From assembly GCA_964291495.2 (NCBI GenBank), contig OZ219871.1, positions 608,001 to 672,000 on the forward strand: a stretch of 64,000 nucleotides of DNA, read 5' to 3'. The position numbers were made by a program, and so were the translations under genes. The stretch is from Dehalococcoidia bacterium (lineage in GTDB: Bacteria > Chloroflexota > Dehalococcoidia > UBA2979). The notes beneath the pieces were generated by a model. That model was not told the origin of the DNA. It worked only from the letters and a program-made list of their open reading frames with translations, and did no database searches. Every line of letters starts with the position of its first letter. Within the stretch, counting starts at the first letter, position 1. This document shows positions 62,959-64,000 of this stretch, piece after piece.

Positions 62959-63735
62959 ATGTCTGTCCTGCTGTACGAGAAGCGAGATTCCTACGCCATC
63001 TTCACGCTGAACCGCCCGGAACGGCTCAACGCCAGCGGCCTCCAGATGCGCGCGGCAATCGAGGAGGCGGTCGCGGACTTCGACGCCGACCCCGCCATGC
63101 GAGCCGGCATCGTGACCGGCGCGGGCAGGGCGTTCAGCGCCGGGATGGACCTGAAGGAGGCCGCCGAGCGGGCTGCGAGCGGTGAGCCGGTCGGAGGAAA
63201 CAGGCCGGACGGCTCGACGCCGCGTTCGCCCCTCTCCAGCAGCCCGAAGCCGTTCATCGCCGCGGTCAACGGGCTGGCGCTCGGCGGCGGCCTCGAGCGC
63301 GCGCTCGACTGCGACATCCGGATCTGCTCGACCGAGGCGTACTTCGGGCTGTTCGAGGTGAAGCGGGGCATCATGGCCGGCTACGCCGTCCATCATCTCC
63401 CGCGACTCGTCGGCTCGGCCGCGGCGAGCTACGTGCTGCTCACGGGCGACCGCATCGAGCCCGAGCAGGCGCTGCAGTGGGGCATCGTCTCCGAGGTCGT
63501 GCCGCCGGAGCGGCTCCTGCCGCGAGCGATCGAGATCGCCGAGCTGATCGCCTCCAACGCACCCCTCTCGGTCAAGGGCACGAAGTCGATGCTGCACTTC
63601 TGGCGCAACACGGGCATGGCGGAGAGCCACCGCGCGTACCAGTGGATCGCCGGAGCCGTCTTCGAGTCCGAGGATGCGAAGGAGGGCCCGACGGCGTTCG
63701 CCGAGAAGCGCGAGCCGAACTGGCAGGGACGCTAG
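62959..63735 (+). CDS. Enoyl-CoA hydratase/isomerase family protein
   Basis: LNRPERLNA, AFSAGMDL, GGGLE, FGLFEV, AFAEKREPNW. Confidence 0.92.
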   Translation: MSVLLYEKRDSYAIFTLNRPERLNASGLQMRAAIEEAVADFDADPAMRAGIVTGAGRAFSAGMDLKEAAERAASGEPVGGNRPDGSTPRSPLSSSPKPFIAAVNGLALGGGLERALDCDIRICSTEAYFGLFEVKRGIMAGYAVHHLPRLVGSAAASYVLLTGDRIEPEQALQWGIVSEVVPPERLLPRAIEIAELIASNAPLSVKGTKSMLHFWRNTGMAESHRAYQWIAGAVFESEDAKEGPTAFAEKREPNWQGR

Positions 63736-63797
63736 CGGTAGCTCCCACGTCCGCCGCGGCCCGCCGGCTCGCCTGCAAGGGTCACCCGCACGCCCCG

Positions 63798-64000
63798 TCA
63801 GTAGTCGCGCGGTAGCCGGAGCCCCTGGAAGGCGATGATGTTGCGCTGGATCTCGTTGCTGCCACCCGCGATGGTGATCCCGACGTTGGATTCCAGGGTG
63901 GTGTTGATCCAGCCCCCGAGGGGAGCGCGCTCCGACTCCCAGGTGATGGTTGCCGCCGGCCCCGCGATCTCCATCCCGAACTCCGCGATCCGCCGCTCGA
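63798..64000 (-). CDS. Acyl-CoA dehydrogenase, 3' end; start lies beyond the window
   Basis: ...TIAGGSNEIQRNIIAFQGLRLPRDY-stop (TGA 63798-63800). Confidence 0.85.
   Translation of the reverse strand, partial: ERRIAEFGMEIAGPAATITWESERAPLGGWINTTLESNVGITIAGGSNEIQRNIIAFQGLRLPRDY

Noticed and set aside
250-63630. Many long antisense or alternative-frame ORFs (e.g. 14742-17501 +, 17483-20395 +, 25423-27927 -, 5461-7506 -)
   Set aside because: Shadows of real genes in high-GC DNA; Arg/Ala/Gly-rich with no family motifs

Overview
High-GC bacterial DNA. The gene repertoire suggests Chloroflexota/Dehalococcoidia (SAR202-like), but that is inference only. The window is mostly a large catabolic neighbourhood: 5 luciferase-like (LLM) flavin oxidoreductases, 6 family-III CoA-transferases, 6 cysteine-less thiolase-fold proteins with 5 DUF35 Zn-ribbon/OB-fold partners, 3 crotonases, 2 acyl-CoA dehydrogenases, 2 CocE/NonD hydrolases, 2 nitroreductases, 2 serine-less alpha/beta hydrolases, a Dpp/Opp-type ABC importer, 2 TetR regulators and a B12-dependent acyl-CoA mutase large subunit with isobutyryl-CoA-mutase signature residues. 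An addBA helicase-nuclease pair and two small accessory genes interrupt it. The strongest unannotated signal is nine sigma70-type promoters with an exact TTGAC(A/G)-N18-(-10) geometry, each with a copy of one 16-bp palindrome (GAGYGAGYGCTCRCTY) at or just downstream of the -10, which points to a single TetR regulon across about 36 kb. Also seen: a 106-bp MITE-like element with terminal inverted repeats and a 5-bp target duplication, a HAD domain fused to an IS3 OrfA-like HTH, recent rearranged gene duplications and many enzymes with substituted catalytic residues. No rRNA, tRNA or CRISPR array was seen. All product calls come from motif recognition by eye; no searches were run.
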